Shown one piece after another: positions 22,346 to 33,713 of a stretch of 64,000 nucleotides of DNA. The position numbers were made by a program, and so were the translations under genes. The DNA is from an uncultured Desulfobacterales bacterium (GTDB lineage Bacteria > Desulfobacterota > Desulfobacteria > Desulfobacterales > B30-G6): the NCBI GenBank assembly GCA_964633115.1, contig CAZWEO010000005.1:109-64108 (forward strand), in the 5' to 3' direction. The notes below the pieces were generated by a model. That model had not been told where the DNA came from and did not search any database. It saw only the letters and a list, made by a program, of their open reading frames with translations. The first letter of the stretch is position 1, and the number at the start of each line of letters is the position of its first letter.

Positions 22346-22717
22346 ATGCCAACGATTAATCAGTTAGTCCGCAAGGGCCGCAAACGCGTCATTAAGAAAA
22401 CCAATACACCGGCCCTCAAAAAAGCGCCCCAGAAAAGGGGTGTGTGTACCCGCGTGTACACCTCGACACCCAAGAAGCCGAATTCGGCTTTACGGAAAGT
22501 TGCTCGGGTGCGCTTAACTACAGGAATGGAGGTAACTGCCTACATTCCCGGTATCGGCCATAATTTACAGGAGCACTCGGTGGTCCTGGTTCGGGGTGGC
22601 CGGGTCAAAGACCTGCCGGGTGTGCGTTACCATATCGTGCGGGGTACACTGGATACATTGGGCGTTTCCGACAGACGGCAGGGCCGGTCTAAATATGGTG
22701 CCAAAAAGCCAAAATAG
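22346..22717 (+). CDS. rpsL: 30S ribosomal protein S12
   Basis: [34 protein letters not shown]. Confidence 0.99.
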   Translation: MPTINQLVRKGRKRVIKKTNTPALKKAPQKRGVCTRVYTSTPKKPNSALRKVARVRLTTGMEVTAYIPGIGHNLQEHSVVLVRGGRVKDLPGVRYHIVRGTLDTLGVSDRRQGRSKYGAKKPK

Positions 22718-22760
22718 CTTACCACAGCGGTTTATATTGGGAATTTAAAGGAACTAGAGG

Positions 22761-23231
22761 ATGCCGAGAAGAAGAGAAGTACCGGAAAGGGTTATCATTC
22801 CAGATGCCATGTACAACAGCCAACTGGTATCGAAATTTATTGCCTGCATCATGCGGGACGGCAAAAAAAGCGTGGCCGAATCGATTTTGTATGGTGCCTT
22901 TGGCATCATTGAAGAAAAGACCGGTAAACCGCCGCTGCAATTTTTCGAACAGGCCGTGGACAATACCCGGCCGATGATCGAGGTTAAATCACGGCGCGTA
23001 GGTGGCTCGACCTACCAGGTGCCAACGGAAGTCAGGCCCTCGCGCCGGACGGCTTTGGCGCTTCGCTGGCTCATCAATTTTTCACGCAGCCGATCGGAAA
23101 AAGGGATGGCCCAAAAGCTGGCCGGTGAATTGCTGGATGCCGCCAACAACCGGGGATCATCGGTCAAGAAAAAAGAAGATACGCATAAAATGGCCGAAGC
23201 CAATAAGGCCTTTGCACATTATCGGTGGTAG
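22761..23231 (+). CDS. rpsG: 30S ribosomal protein S7
   Basis: [29 protein letters not shown]. Confidence 0.99.
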   Translation: MPRRREVPERVIIPDAMYNSQLVSKFIACIMRDGKKSVAESILYGAFGIIEEKTGKPPLQFFEQAVDNTRPMIEVKSRRVGGSTYQVPTEVRPSRRTALALRWLINFSRSRSEKGMAQKLAGELLDAANNRGSSVKKKEDTHKMAEANKAFAHYRW

Positions 23232-23314
23232 CAATTATCGCCTAATTAGAAGACTTAAGCCTCACGGATCTGGTGCATTAAACCGATCATTAATTTAAAG
23301 GGGAGGGTGAGAAG

Positions 23315-24508
23315 ATGGCCAAGGAAAAGTTTGAGCGAACGAAGCCGCATGTAAATGTAGGAACAATCGGTCACATCGATCATGGTAAGACGACCCTGAC
23401 AGCGGCGATAACCAAACATGCCGGTTTACGCGGTATGGCGGAGTTCGTGCCGTTTGATCAGATCGACAAGGCTCCCGAGGAGAAAGAGCGGGGGATCACG
23501 ATTGCGACCGCGCATGTTGAATATGAGACCGATAACCGTCATTACGCGCACGTGGACTGTCCCGGTCATGCGGACTATATCAAGAACATGATTACGGGAG
23601 CGGCGCAGATGGATGGAGCCATATTGGTGGTTGGCGCAGACGATGGTCCCATGCCCCAGACCCGTGAACATATCCTTTTGGCCCGCCAGGTAGGTGTACC
23701 GCGTATTGTTGTGTTTTTGAACAAATGCGACATGGTGGACGACGAGGAACTGGTGGAGTTGGTAGAGCTGGAACTGCGTGAGCTGTTGGATAAGTACGAA
23801 TTTCCGGGCGACGATACACCGATCATTCGGGGCAGTGCTTTAAAGGCCTTGGAGAGTGACGATTCTGAGAGCGACGAAGCCAAATGTATTTTTGAGCTTT
23901 TGGAAGCCACCGACAGCTATATTCCGGAGCCGGAACGTGAGATCGACAAGCCGTTCTTGATGCCCATCGAAGATGTGTTCAGCATCTCTGGTCGTGGCAC
24001 CGTGGTAACCGGTCGTGTTGAGCGCGGTATCGTCAAGGTTGGTAATGAAGTCGAAATCGTAGGGATCCGCGAAACCCAAAAGACGGTCTGCACGGGTGTT
24101 GAGATGTTCCGCAAACTATTGGACGAAGGGCGCGCCGGAGACAACATCGGCGTTCTTTTGCGTGGCACCAAACGTGACGAGGTGGAACGTGGTCAGGTTG
24201 TAGCGATTCCGGGTACGATTAACCCGCATACCAAGTTCAATGCCGAAGTCTATATCTTGAGCAAGGAAGAAGGTGGCCGTCATACACCCTTTTTCAATGG
24301 CTACCGTCCGCAGTTTTATTTTCGGACAACCGACGTAACCGGCGTATTGGATCTGCCCGAAGGTGTAGAGATGGTGATGCCGGGTGACAACGTAACCATA
24401 TCGGCCGAGTTGATTACACCCATTGCCATGGAAAAAGAGTTGCGGTTTGCTATTCGTGAGGGTGGCCGAACCGTTGGGGCCGGTGTGGTCAGCGAGATAA
24501 TCGAGTAA
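23315..24508 (+). CDS. tuf: Elongation factor Tu (copy 2)
   Basis: Protein identical to 8272-9465. Confidence 0.99.
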   Translation: MAKEKFERTKPHVNVGTIGHIDHGKTTLTAAITKHAGLRGMAEFVPFDQIDKAPEEKERGITIATAHVEYETDNRHYAHVDCPGHADYIKNMITGAAQMDGAILVVGADDGPMPQTREHILLARQVGVPRIVVFLNKCDMVDDEELVELVELELRELLDKYEFPGDDTPIIRGSALKALESDDSESDEAKCIFELLEATDSYIPEPEREIDKPFLMPIEDVFSISGRGTVVTGRVERGIVKVGNEVEIVGIRETQKTVCTGVEMFRKLLDEGRAGDNIGVLLRGTKRDEVERGQVVAIPGTINPHTKFNAEVYILSKEEGGRHTPFFNGYRPQFYFRTTDVTGVLDLPEGVEMVMPGDNVTISAELITPIAMEKELRFAIREGGRTVGAGVVSEIIE

Positions 24509-24524
24509 AGAGAGAGACAAAAAC

Positions 24525-24836
24525 ATGATAATGAACTCAAAAATAAGAATTAGGCTCAAGGCGTACGACCACAAGCTGCTGGATCAATCTGCCGCAGATA
24601 TTCTGGATACGGCCAGAAAAACCGGCGCCAAGGTTGTTGGGCCCATTCCGTTACCCACAGCAATCAACAAATATTGTGTTTTGCGCTCTCCGCATGTCGA
24701 TAAAAAATCGCGTGAACAATTTGAAATGAGAACACACAAGCGTCTGTTGGATATACTGGAGCCAACTCAGCAAACAGTGGACGCTTTAATGAAACTGGAT
24801 CTCTCCCCAGGTGTTGATGTTGAGATAAAGCTATAG
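24525..24836 (+). CDS. rpsJ: 30S ribosomal protein S10
   Basis: [31 protein letters not shown]. Confidence 0.99.
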   Translation: MIMNSKIRIRLKAYDHKLLDQSAADILDTARKTGAKVVGPIPLPTAINKYCVLRSPHVDKKSREQFEMRTHKRLLDILEPTQQTVDALMKLDLSPGVDVEIKL

Positions 24837-24865
24837 CGTAGCCAGATAAATAAGAACGTATCTAT

Positions 24866-24904
24866 TTAAACGGTTATTTCTGTGTGGACGAAATAACCGT
24901 TTAA
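24866..24904. repeat. Perfect 15-bp inverted repeat between rpsJ and rplC
   Basis: TTAAACGGTTATTTC-N9-GAAATAACCGTTTAA. Confidence 0.75.
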
Positions 24905-24983
24905 TGTCCTCGATCAACGACTCGGTTGAATGAGATGCTTAAAACGGGTCAAGCGAACCGGGCGATAGGGATGGTAGTGAATC

Positions 24984-25616
24984 ATGAGTAAAGGTTTAAT
25001 CGGAAAAAAATTGGGTATGACCAGTCAGTTTTCTTCGGAAGGCGGAGCCGTTCCCGTAACGGTTATCGAAGCCGGACCCTGTGTGGTTACTCAGGTCAAG
25101 ACAGTGGAGACCGATGGGTACAATGCCTTGCAACTCGGTTTTGGCCAAAGCAAGAAAAATCGCACCAATAAACCCTTACAGGGTCATTTAACCAAAAGCG
25201 GGCAGGAAACCGTTGGAACGCTTAAAGAGATGGCCGTTGAGAATCCAGAGGAATTCAGTCTGGGCCAAGAGATAACGGTGGATATGTTTAAGGTCGGTGA
25301 GCGGGTTGAGGTCATCGGCAGGTCCAAGGGACGCGGATTTTCGGGTGTTATGAAACGACATGGTTTCAGCGGGGGCAAAAAGACCCATGGCAGCCATAGT
25401 CACCGGATTCCTGGCTCCATCGGATGTAGTGCTTGGCCGGCCAAGGTGATTCGTGGCAAAAAAATGCCTGGACATTATGGCAACGCCAACCAAACTGTCC
25501 GTAATCTCGAAATATTCGATATCCGCTCCAAAGAAAACCTGATTCTTTTGAAAGGGGCGGTGCCTGGGCACAAATCAGGAATTGTCACCATTAGAAAAGC
25601 TAAATTTGCAAAATAA
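24984..25616 (+). CDS. rplC: 50S ribosomal protein L3
   Basis: GKKLGMT, PVTVIEAGPC, SKGRGFSGVMKRH, KGAVPG. Confidence 0.99.
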   Translation: MSKGLIGKKLGMTSQFSSEGGAVPVTVIEAGPCVVTQVKTVETDGYNALQLGFGQSKKNRTNKPLQGHLTKSGQETVGTLKEMAVENPEEFSLGQEITVDMFKVGERVEVIGRSKGRGFSGVMKRHGFSGGKKTHGSHSHRIPGSIGCSAWPAKVIRGKKMPGHYGNANQTVRNLEIFDIRSKENLILLKGAVPGHKSGIVTIRKAKFAK

Positions 25617-25631
25617 TAACTGAGGGAACAT

Positions 25632-26255
25632 ATGGCTGTCGTAGATGTTATCAATAGCTCAGGTAAAAAAGTATCACAGGTTGATTTGAACGACGATATT
25701 TACAATGTACCTGTGAAACCGAGCGTTTTGCATGAAGTGGTAATCATGCAGCAGGCCAGCAAGCGTGCCGGGACTGCATCCACCAAACACCGTTCGGATG
25801 TGACCGGCAGTGGTCGCAAACTATTCCGCCAAAAAGGGACCGGTCGTGCCAGACGCGGCAACATTAAGGCACCGCTGTTGCGTGGTGGCGGCGTTGCTTT
25901 TGGACCCAAACCCAAAAGCTGGGCTTATAAAGTACCCAAAAAAGTCCGCAAGCTGGCTCTAAGAATGGCCCTGAGCAGCAAGTTGCAAACCGAAGACATT
26001 CTAATTCTGGATCAATTCGATCTCGATCAAATTAAAACCAAGGCTTTTCTGGAAGTCGCCGGAAATTTACAGATGAACGATGCCTTGATCGTAACCGACC
26101 AGAAAAATGAAAATCTGGAGCTTTCTTCCCGAAATATACCGGCTATCAAGGTGCTACGATACGAGGGCCTCAATGTCTATGATATCCTGAAGCATAAAAC
26201 CTTGGTTCTGCTTGAAGCTTCAGTGATGGCCATTGAAGGGAGGTTGCTCTCATGA
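25632..26255 (+). CDS. rplD: 50S ribosomal protein L4
   Basis: [21 protein letters not shown]. Confidence 0.99.
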   Translation: MAVVDVINSSGKKVSQVDLNDDIYNVPVKPSVLHEVVIMQQASKRAGTASTKHRSDVTGSGRKLFRQKGTGRARRGNIKAPLLRGGGVAFGPKPKSWAYKVPKKVRKLALRMALSSKLQTEDILILDQFDLDQIKTKAFLEVAGNLQMNDALIVTDQKNENLELSSRNIPAIKVLRYEGLNVYDILKHKTLVLLEASVMAIEGRLLS

Positions 26256-26539
26256 TCCAGTATGACATCATTATCCGTCCGCTGATCACAGAAAAGACCA
26301 GCATCCAGAAAGAGGATTTTAACCAGGTGTCCTTTGAAGTAGATCGACGGGCTAATCGGGTTGAAATCAGACGGGCGATTGAAAAAATATTCAATGTAAA
26401 GGTTGCCGATGTGCGCACGATGCATATCAAGGGCAAAGTCAAACGTCGCGGACGTATCGAAGGCAAACGCAAAGACTGGAAAAAAGCCATTGTCAAGCTC
26501 ATGCCGGGCGAACGCATCGATTTTTTTGAAGGGGTATAA
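26252..26539 (+). CDS. rplW: 50S ribosomal protein L23
   Basis: [20 protein letters not shown]. Confidence 0.98.
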   Translation: MIQYDIIIRPLITEKTSIQKEDFNQVSFEVDRRANRVEIRRAIEKIFNVKVADVRTMHIKGKVKRRGRIEGKRKDWKKAIVKLMPGERIDFFEGV

Positions 26540-26542
26540 CTA

Positions 26543-26627
26543 CGGTTTTAAGTTTTAGGTTTTAAGTTCAAGCAGATGGCCAATAGCTGATTGCTACCTA
26601 AAACCTAACACCTAAAACTTAAAACCG
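26543..26627. repeat. Intergenic hairpin element with 7-bp unit arms (copy A)
   Basis: 18-bp perfect inverted repeat CGGTTTTAAGTTTTAGGT / ACCTAAAACTTAAAACCG; right arm is 28/29 identical to 46415-46443. Confidence 0.85.
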
Positions 26628-26662
26628 GAGGGTTCTTCTGGAACCCGACGATGGAGAATATG

Positions 26663-27490
26663 ATGGGTATAAAACGAGTAAAGCCGACATCACCGGGACG
26701 GCGATTTCAGACGTACGCTTCGAATGATGAGATTACCAAGACTAAACCCGAAAAAAGCTTACTGAAAATTATCAAAAAAAGTGGTGGGCGCAATGCCAAT
26801 GGACGCGTGACGTCCCGGCATCGTGGCGGCGGGCATAAACGCTATTATCGCATGGTTGATTTTAAGCGCGACAAAATTGGCATCCCCGCTAAGGTTGCTT
26901 CCATCGAATACGATCCCAACCGTAGTGCGCGTATTGCGTTATTGAATTATACCGACGGGGAGAAACGTTATATTCTGGCGCCCTTAAATCTGAACGTGGG
27001 GGATCAGGTAATGTCCGGCCCAGATGCTGATATAAAGCCGGGTAATACCCTGCCACTCAAAAATATCCCTTTGGGTACGCACATTCATAATATTGAATTG
27101 CGCTTGGGAAAAGGTGGACAAATCGTACGCAGCGCGGGCACATTTGCGCAACTGATGGCCAAAGAAGATCGCTATGCCCTGGTTAAGTTGCCTTCCAGCG
27201 AAGTGCGCATGGTTCTACTCAACTGTATGGCAACCGTGGGTCAACTTGGAAACGTAATCCATGAAAATGTTGATCTGGGCAAAGCCGGCCGCAAACGCTG
27301 GTTGGGACGGCGTCCCAAGGTCAGAGGTGTGGCCATGAATCCCGTTGACCATCCCATGGGCGGTGGCGAAGGGCGTTCTTCGGGTGGCCGGCATCCGTGT
27401 ACACCCTGGGGTGTTCCCACAAAGGGTTATCGTACACGTAAAAACAAACGTACCGATAAATTCATCGTCAAGAGACGTTCTAAAAGATAG
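26663..27490 (+). CDS. rplB: 50S ribosomal protein L2
   Basis: [38 protein letters not shown]. Confidence 0.99.
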   Translation: MGIKRVKPTSPGRRFQTYASNDEITKTKPEKSLLKIIKKSGGRNANGRVTSRHRGGGHKRYYRMVDFKRDKIGIPAKVASIEYDPNRSARIALLNYTDGEKRYILAPLNLNVGDQVMSGPDADIKPGNTLPLKNIPLGTHIHNIELRLGKGGQIVRSAGTFAQLMAKEDRYALVKLPSSEVRMVLLNCMATVGQLGNVIHENVDLGKAGRKRWLGRRPKVRGVAMNPVDHPMGGGEGRSSGGRHPCTPWGVPTKGYRTRKNKRTDKFIVKRRSKR

Positions 27491-27564
27491 CAGGGTCGCG
27501 TTGTAGCGCGGCAGTAATATCAAAACCGTAACAGCTGGAAAAAGTAAAAAGCGCAGGAGAAGTT

Positions 27565-27846
27565 ATGCCACGGTCTCTAAAAAAAGGTCCTTTTATCGAC
27601 CAGAAGTTAATGAACAAAGTGTTGGCTGCCCAGGCATCCCGAAGCAATCAGGTAATCAAGACCTGGTCCCGGCGATCGACAGTAATTCCCGAAATGGTGG
27701 GTATCACACTGGCGGTTCATAATGGCAAGAAATTCATTCCGGTATTTGTCACTGAAAACATGGTCGGCCACAAATTGGGCGAATTTTCTCCGACACGCAC
27801 CTATTACGGGCACTCCGGAGATAAAAGGTCGAAGTTGAGAAGATAA
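27565..27846 (+). CDS. rpsS: 30S ribosomal protein S19
   Basis: [29 protein letters not shown]. Confidence 0.99.
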   Translation: MPRSLKKGPFIDQKLMNKVLAAQASRSNQVIKTWSRRSTVIPEMVGITLAVHNGKKFIPVFVTENMVGHKLGEFSPTRTYYGHSGDKRSKLRR

Positions 27847-27870
27847 TTTATTCAAAAGGGAGTTTCGGTA

Positions 27871-28209
27871 ATGGAGGTCAAAGCGGTAACCAAATATGTT
27901 CGTATTTCTCCTCAGAAAGTGAGAAAATTTGCGGACGTCATCAAGGGAAAACCGGTAGAGGTCGGATTGAACCTACTGCATTTTATGCCCCAAAAAGCTG
28001 CGGGTTTTGTGGAAAAAACGGTTCGTTCCGCTGCTTCAAATGCCGACAACAATCACGGCATCGATGTCGATTCTCTGGTAATTCAAAATTTGATTGTCGA
28101 TCAGGGACCCGTGTTGAAGCGCTTTCGAGCCAGAGCACGGGGGCGTGGTGCCAGGATATTGAAAAGGACGAGCCATATCACAGTCATATTAGCCGAAAAG
28201 GCTTCTTAA
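27871..28209 (+). CDS. rplV: 50S ribosomal protein L22
   Basis: [25 protein letters not shown]. Confidence 0.99.
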   Translation: MEVKAVTKYVRISPQKVRKFADVIKGKPVEVGLNLLHFMPQKAAGFVEKTVRSAASNADNNHGIDVDSLVIQNLIVDQGPVLKRFRARARGRGARILKRTSHITVILAEKAS

Positions 28210-28268
28210 CAAGGCTTCATATTAAGAAGGCTTCTTAACAAAGGCTTCATATTAAGAAGGCGTCATAA
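28198..28268. repeat. ~29/30-bp tandem duplication at the rplV stop / rpsC leader
   Basis: AAGGCTTCTTAAC(A)AAGGCTTCATATTAAG twice, then a partial AAGGCGTCATA. Confidence 0.85.
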
Positions 28269-28282
28269 AAGGAGGAACGAGC

Positions 28283-28939
28283 TTGGGCCAGAAAGTAAAT
28301 CCGATTGGATTGAGATTGGGAATCGTAAAAACATGGGATTCCAGGTGGTATGCCGGGAAAAATTATGCGGATTATATCCTCGAGGATGCCAATATCCGTA
28401 AATTTATCAAGAAAAAACTGTATCATGCAGGAATTTCCCGGATCGAAATCGAACGGTCTGCCAAGCGTGTACGTCTGCGCATATACACAGCCCGGCCTGG
28501 GATTGTGATCGGCAAAAAAGGCGCCGAAATCGAACAACTAAAGCGTGAACTGGAAAAATTGATATCACAGGAAGTTATGATTGATATCCAGGAAGTACGC
28601 AAGCCTGAAATTGATGCGCAATTGGTTGCGGAAAATGTAGCCTTGCAAATCGAAAGGCGGGTGGCTTTTCGGCGCGCCATGAAACGGGGCGTATCTTCGG
28701 CCATGCGTTTTGGCGCCCAGGGTATCAAGATCATTTGTTCCGGGCGTTTGGGTGGTGCCGAAATGGCGCGTACCGAATGGTACAAAGAGGGTCGCGTTCC
28801 TTTGCATACATTGCGAGCAGACATCGATTATGGTTTCACCGAAGCCAAGACCACATATGGCTTGATCGGTATCAAGGTATTCATTTTTAATGGCGAGATC
28901 CTAGGCAAAGAAGACACCCAGATGGGTGCCCGCGCTTAA
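28283..28939 (+). CDS. rpsC: 30S ribosomal protein S3
   Basis: [39 protein letters not shown] start. Confidence 0.99.
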   Translation: MGQKVNPIGLRLGIVKTWDSRWYAGKNYADYILEDANIRKFIKKKLYHAGISRIEIERSAKRVRLRIYTARPGIVIGKKGAEIEQLKRELEKLISQEVMIDIQEVRKPEIDAQLVAENVALQIERRVAFRRAMKRGVSSAMRFGAQGIKIICSGRLGGAEMARTEWYKEGRVPLHTLRADIDYGFTEAKTTYGLIGIKVFIFNGEILGKEDTQMGARA

Positions 28940-29028
28940 GGATGATCTCAAAGCGGTTCCAGGCGAATCATCCAAAAAATAAGAGTTTACAAGCATTTTG
29001 ATATAGTTGTTACAACAGGAGATAGACC

Positions 29029-29442
29029 ATGCTGAGCCCCAAAAAGGTTAAGTATAGAAAAAAACAAAAAGGAAAAATGAGGGGTCTCGCGCGCCGGGGG
29101 GGTCAGCTCAACTTTGGCGAATTCGGCCTGCAGGCGATAGAGTGCGGAACCATTAGCAATAAACAGATTGAGGCCGCCCGTATTGCCATGACCCGACACG
29201 TAAAAAGGGGCGGTAAGCTCTGGATTCGGATATTTCCAGATAAGTCATTTACCAAAAAGCCGGCTGAAGTTCGTATGGGCAAGGGCAAGGGCGCACCCGA
29301 GGGATGGGTTGCCGTGGTTAAACCCGGCAGGGTCCTGTATGAGATGTCCGGTGTGACCCGGGAATTAGCCCAAGAAGCCCTGCGGCTTGCTTCGCACAAA
29401 CTTTCTGTTAAAACCAAATTTGTGGAAAGGAGTTTGAGCTGA
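29029..29442 (+). CDS. rplP: 50S ribosomal protein L16
   Basis: [17 protein letters not shown]. Confidence 0.99.
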   Translation: MLSPKKVKYRKKQKGKMRGLARRGGQLNFGEFGLQAIECGTISNKQIEAARIAMTRHVKRGGKLWIRIFPDKSFTKKPAEVRMGKGKGAPEGWVAVVKPGRVLYEMSGVTRELAQEALRLASHKLSVKTKFVERSLS

Positions 29443-29642
29443 TGAAAGCCAAGGAAATTCGGGATCTCAGCCCCCACGAACGTCAGCAGAAGTTGATCGA
29501 TTTGAAAGAGGAACTATTTAATCTGCGTTTCCAACATGGGATTGGTCAAATTGAAAATCCCACCAAACTCAAAACAACCAAAGCAGAGATCGCTCGTGTC
29601 AAAACGATCATCAAAGAAATTGAAAATCAAACCCAGGAATAG
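29442..29642 (+). CDS. rpmC: 50S ribosomal protein L29
   Basis: [17 protein letters not shown]. Confidence 0.98.
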   Translation: MKAKEIRDLSPHERQQKLIDLKEELFNLRFQHGIGQIENPTKLKTTKAEIARVKTIIKEIENQTQE

Positions 29643-29657
29643 GCAAGCATAACGCTT

Positions 29658-29915
29658 ATGAAAACGAGAGGCATGAAAAGACAACAGGTTGGTACAGTCG
29701 TAAGTGATAAAATGGACAAGACGGTGACGGTCCAGGTTCAGAGGCTCGTTAAACACCCGCTTTATGAAAAATATGTTCGCCGACGAAACACCTTTGCCGC
29801 CCATGATGAGGCCAACGAATGTCGGAGCGGAGATGAAGTCCTGATGACGGAATCACGACCCCTAAGCAAAAATAAACGCTGGCGAGTTGCGCGGATTATT
29901 AAAAAAGCTATTTGA
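29658..29915 (+). CDS. rpsQ: 30S ribosomal protein S17
   Basis: [27 protein letters not shown]. Confidence 0.98.
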   Translation: MKTRGMKRQQVGTVVSDKMDKTVTVQVQRLVKHPLYEKYVRRRNTFAAHDEANECRSGDEVLMTESRPLSKNKRWRVARIIKKAI

Positions 29916-29934
29916 TATATAAAGGAATAGAAAG

Positions 29935-30303
29935 ATGATTCAGGCGGAGACAAAACTGACCGCAGCGGACAATTCAGGCGCCAGGGTACTTTATTGCATT
30001 AAAGTTCTTGGTGGATCCAGAAGGCGGTATGCAAGTATTGGAGATATCATTGTCGTTTCGGTCAAGGAAGCCATTCCCAATGCCAAAGTAAAAAAGGGAG
30101 ATGTTCTCAAGGCGGTTGTTGTCCGTACAAAGAAGGAAATCAGACGGCCGGACGGTTCCTATATACGATTCGACGATAATTCGGCTGTTTTGATCAATGC
30201 CCAAAAAGAACCAATCGGAACGCGTATTTTTGGTCCTGTGGCACGCGAATTGCGCGCCAAACGATTTATGAAAATCGTTTCATTGGCACCCGAGGTACTT
30301 TAG
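29935..30303 (+). CDS. rplN: 50S ribosomal protein L14
   Basis: [27 protein letters not shown]. Confidence 0.99.
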   Translation: MIQAETKLTAADNSGARVLYCIKVLGGSRRRYASIGDIIVVSVKEAIPNAKVKKGDVLKAVVVRTKKEIRRPDGSYIRFDDNSAVLINAQKEPIGTRIFGPVARELRAKRFMKIVSLAPEVL

Positions 30304-30329
30304 CCCAGCCGACTTGTGGAGACGAGGAA

Positions 30330-30659
30330 ATGCTAAAAGACAAATTCCATATAAAAAAAGATGACAAGGTAAAAGTCATCACCGGAAAAGATAAAGGCAA
30401 AATTGGGAAGGTCTTGAAAATCGAAAGCAAGAAACAACGTATTCTTGTGGAGAATATCAATGTTGTTAAGCGCCATACCCGACCGACTGCCCAAAACAGG
30501 CAGGGGGGCATCGTGGAAAGCGAAGCGCCGGTGCCTTGGTCCAATGTGATGTTATTGTGCAGCAAATGTTTGAGCCCCGTTCGGATCCAGATGCGGCGCT
30601 TGGATGACGGTAACAAAGTGCGCACTTGCAGAAAATGTAACGAAATTATCGATGCATAG
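30330..30659 (+). CDS. rplX: 50S ribosomal protein L24
   Basis: KKDDKVKVITGKDKGK KOW motif; GGIVESEAP..SNV. Confidence 0.98.
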   Translation: MLKDKFHIKKDDKVKVITGKDKGKIGKVLKIESKKQRILVENINVVKRHTRPTAQNRQGGIVESEAPVPWSNVMLLCSKCLSPVRIQMRRLDDGNKVRTCRKCNEIIDA

Positions 30660-30744
30660 TTTGGTGCCGGCCGCAGCTGAAATCAAGATCTAGCCGGCTT
30701 CAGATCCCGGCCTTAAAAAGAGAATTAGGTTCGAGGTATAAAGC

Positions 30745-31284
30745 ATGTCACATATGAAAGAATATTACGAAAAAACGGTTGTGCCCGCTTTGCAGGAAAA
30801 ATTTAAGTATAGCAACAACATGCAGGTGCCCAAGATTCAAAAGATCGTTCTAAACATGGGTATGGGCGAGGCCATCCATAACATCAAACTACTGGATTCT
30901 GCTGTCGAAGAATTGACCGCCATTGCCGGACAACAACCGGTTGTGACCCGAGCCAAAAAATCAATTGCCGCCTTTAAACTGCGAACCGGTATGCCCGTGG
31001 GCTGCATGGTAACCCTTCGTAAGCAGCGCATGTACGATTTTTTGGATAAATTGGTCAACATCGCGTTGCCACGTGTACGCGACTTTCGCGGTGTATCCGG
31101 CAAGGCCATGGATGGCCGGGGTAATTATTCCTTGGGAATCAAGGAGCAAATTATTTTCCCCGAAATCGATTATGACAAAATCGATAAAATTAAAGGTATG
31201 AATATTAGTATCGTTACAACCGCTCAAACAGATGATGAGGGCAAAGAACTGCTGAAACAGCTCGGAATGCCTTTTAAAAATTGA
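30745..31284 (+). CDS. rplE: 50S ribosomal protein L5
   Basis: [27 protein letters not shown]. Confidence 0.99.
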   Translation: MSHMKEYYEKTVVPALQEKFKYSNNMQVPKIQKIVLNMGMGEAIHNIKLLDSAVEELTAIAGQQPVVTRAKKSIAAFKLRTGMPVGCMVTLRKQRMYDFLDKLVNIALPRVRDFRGVSGKAMDGRGNYSLGIKEQIIFPEIDYDKIDKIKGMNISIVTTAQTDDEGKELLKQLGMPFKN

Positions 31285-31331
31285 CGGTCTTATAAAATCG
31301 CGCAACGATTTTATTACTGAGGGAGGACAAC

Positions 31332-31517
31332 TTGGCAAAAAAAGCGCTAATTAACAAAGCCGCCAGAAAACCCAAATTCAAAGTGCGGGCATACAATCGC
31401 TGTCCCATTTGCGGTCGACCCAGAAGTTTTATTCGAAAATTCGGTATTTGTAGAATCTGTTTTCGTGAGTTCGCATCAAAGGGTAAACTACCAGGCGTGG
31501 TAAAATCCAGCTGGTAA
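31332..31517 (+). CDS. rpsN: 30S ribosomal protein S14, type Z (Zn-binding)
   Basis: 61 aa; RCPICGRPR...CRICFRE; TTG start. Confidence 0.98.
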   Translation: MAKKALINKAARKPKFKVRAYNRCPICGRPRSFIRKFGICRICFREFASKGKLPGVVKSSW

Positions 31518-31594
31518 GCTGACAGGTTGCCAGATCTATGTATGGATCTGGCCGGTAACCAGTTTCATTCGTGAAGTAGGAATAGGAGAGAACA

Positions 31595-31993
31595 ATGGCG
31601 ATGAGTGATCCAATTGCCGATTTGCTGACCCGGGTGCGAAATGCCGGCAAGGCCAAGTTCAACAGTGTCGATATTCCCGGCTCCAAGTTGAAGTTTGAAT
31701 TGGCAAAAGTATTAAAGGAAGCAGGATATATCCGTAATTATAAGTTTATCAAAGATAGCAAACAGGGCATTTTACGGATTTATCTAAAATACAATGACAA
31801 CCAGGAACATTCGATTTTGCGGATTGACCGGGTCAGTAAGCCCAGCAAGCGGGTCTATAAAAAAGGCAAAGAGATCCAACCGGTTTATAATGGTTTGGGT
31901 GTTGCGATCGTATCGACCTCCCGGGGGATGATGACAGATAAACGCGCCCGCAAAGAGAATGTTGGCGGTGAGATTATTTGTAACGTCTGGTAA
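31595..31993 (+). CDS. rpsH: 30S ribosomal protein S8
   Basis: DPIADLLTRVRN, SKPSKRVY, STSRG. Confidence 0.99.
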   Translation: MAMSDPIADLLTRVRNAGKAKFNSVDIPGSKLKFELAKVLKEAGYIRNYKFIKDSKQGILRIYLKYNDNQEHSILRIDRVSKPSKRVYKKGKEIQPVYNGLGVAIVSTSRGMMTDKRARKENVGGEIICNVW

Positions 31994-32040
31994 GCAAGTC
32001 GATTCAAATTTGAACGTTAGAGGACAGTGGAGGTCAACCC

Positions 32041-32580
32041 ATGTCTCGTGTTGGGAAAATGCCGATTCCGGTTTCAGATAGAGTAAAAATTACCTATCAG
32101 GATAAAGTCCTGACGGTGAAGGGTGAAAAAGGTACCCTGACCAGAGAAATCCATCCAGTCATCGAACTGGACATCAACGCTAATGTGATCCAGGTCACAA
32201 TGCTGAAAGAAAACCGAGAGAACCGAGCGCTTCAGGGCATGACTCGTAGCCTGGTTAACAATATGGTAACTGGCGTCAGCAACGGTTTCGAACGGGTATT
32301 GGAAATTAACGGTATCGGATATCGCGCTGAAATTAAAGGTAAAAGTATTGTATTGAATTTGGGATACTCCAACCCAGTAACATTCGATCTGCCGGATGGT
32401 GTTTCGGCCAGCTCAGAAAAAAACAATATCGTCAAGCTTTCCGCCATCGACAAGGAACTGTTGGGACGCACGGCGGCTTCCATACGACAACTGAGACCGC
32501 CGGAGCCATATAAGGGCAAGGGTATCAAGTATGCCGAAGAGTATGTCCAACGGAAAGCGGGCAAGACAGGAACCAAATAA
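32041..32580 (+). CDS. rplF: 50S ribosomal protein L6
   Basis: MSRVGK.PI, GIGYRA, RPPEPYKGKGIKY. Confidence 0.99.
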   Translation: MSRVGKMPIPVSDRVKITYQDKVLTVKGEKGTLTREIHPVIELDINANVIQVTMLKENRENRALQGMTRSLVNNMVTGVSNGFERVLEINGIGYRAEIKGKSIVLNLGYSNPVTFDLPDGVSASSEKNNIVKLSAIDKELLGRTAASIRQLRPPEPYKGKGIKYAEEYVQRKAGKTGTK

Positions 32581-32604
32581 CAGAATTAGATTTAGGATAA
32601 AACC

Positions 32605-32973
32605 ATGGGCGCAACAAATCCAAATAAGTTAGCACGATTGAAAAGAAAAAAGCGGATCCGCAAGCAGCTTAATGGAACCGACCAAAAGCCGCGTATGAGC
32701 GTTTTTCGTAGCTCCAAACACATCTATGCCCAGCTAATCGATGATATCAGCGGCAAAACCATTGCGTCGGCCAGCAGTGACGAAAAAGCCATTAAAGAAC
32801 TGCCTAAATTTGAAAATAAGGTGGCAGTTGCCGAGCATGTGGGCAAAGTTTTGGGAGAACGAGCCATTAAAATGGGTCTCAAAACGGTCGTATTTGACCG
32901 CAACGGTTTTCTATATCATGGCCGTGTCAAAGCGGTTTCTAAAGGTGCCCGCGATGTGGGGCTGGTGTTTTAG
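32605..32973 (+). CDS. rplR: 50S ribosomal protein L18
   Basis: PRMSVFRSSKHIYAQ, FDRNGFLYHGRVKA. Confidence 0.99.
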   Translation: MGATNPNKLARLKRKKRIRKQLNGTDQKPRMSVFRSSKHIYAQLIDDISGKTIASASSDEKAIKELPKFENKVAVAEHVGKVLGERAIKMGLKTVVFDRNGFLYHGRVKAVSKGARDVGLVF

Positions 32974-33006
32974 TTGCCGCAACAGTTTAGCTAAGGAGGC
33001 ATACCC

Positions 33007-33501
33007 TTGTTCAAACGAGATACAGAAGATAATGAATTTATTGATAAAGTAGTCCATATCAGTCGCGTAGCCAAGGTTGTTAAAGGCGGTCGCCGTTTCA
33101 GCTTTAGCGCTATTGTCGTGGTCGGGGATGGTGATGGCAATGTTGGCTATGGTCTCGGTAAAGCCGGTGAGGTGCCGGAAGCCATCCGCAAGGGTGTCGA
33201 AAAGGCCAAAAAGAATATGTCCCAGGTTGCATTGATTGAAGGAACCATTCCCTTTCAAGTAACGGGTAGATATGGAGCCGGTAAGGTCCTATTGGTCCCG
33301 GCAGGCAAAGGAACCGGTTTAATTGCGGGCGGTGCTGTGCGTGCTGTGCTGGAGGCCGCCGGCGTCCAGAATATTCTGACGAAATGCTTAGGTTCTCACA
33401 ATCCGCACAACATTGTTAAGGCAACCATACAGGGACTTCAGCAACTTCAAACCCGTGAGCAGGTTGCGGCCAGACGGGGCATTCCTGTTGAAGATCTATA
33501 A
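33007..33501 (+). CDS. rpsE: 30S ribosomal protein S5
   Basis: [34 protein letters not shown] start after AAGGAGG. Confidence 0.99.
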   Translation: MFKRDTEDNEFIDKVVHISRVAKVVKGGRRFSFSAIVVVGDGDGNVGYGLGKAGEVPEAIRKGVEKAKKNMSQVALIEGTIPFQVTGRYGAGKVLLVPAGKGTGLIAGGAVRAVLEAAGVQNILTKCLGSHNPHNIVKATIQGLQQLQTREQVAARRGIPVEDL

Positions 33502-33515
33502 TCGAGGAAGAACGC

Positions 33516-33713
33516 ATGGCTGATAAATTAAAGGTTACACTTGTTAAAAGTATGATTGGTAGACCAGAAAAACACCGCAGGGTGCTTCGCGGGATGGGCT
33601 TCCGCAAAATGAACCGAACCGTGCAGCTAGAGGACACCGCGAGCATAAGAGGGATGATCAACGCGGTTTCTCATTTAGTCAAGGTTGAGGAGAATAGCGA
33701 TGAAATTAAATGA
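33516..33713 (+). CDS. rpmD: 50S ribosomal protein L30
   Basis: [24 protein letters not shown]. Confidence 0.97.
   Translation: MADKLKVTLVKSMIGRPEKHRRVLRGMGFRKMNRTVQLEDTASIRGMINAVSHLVKVEENSDEIK

Noticed and set aside
23232..23314. fusA pseudogene remnant
   Set aside because: Only 83 bp, with no EF-G-like translation seen.
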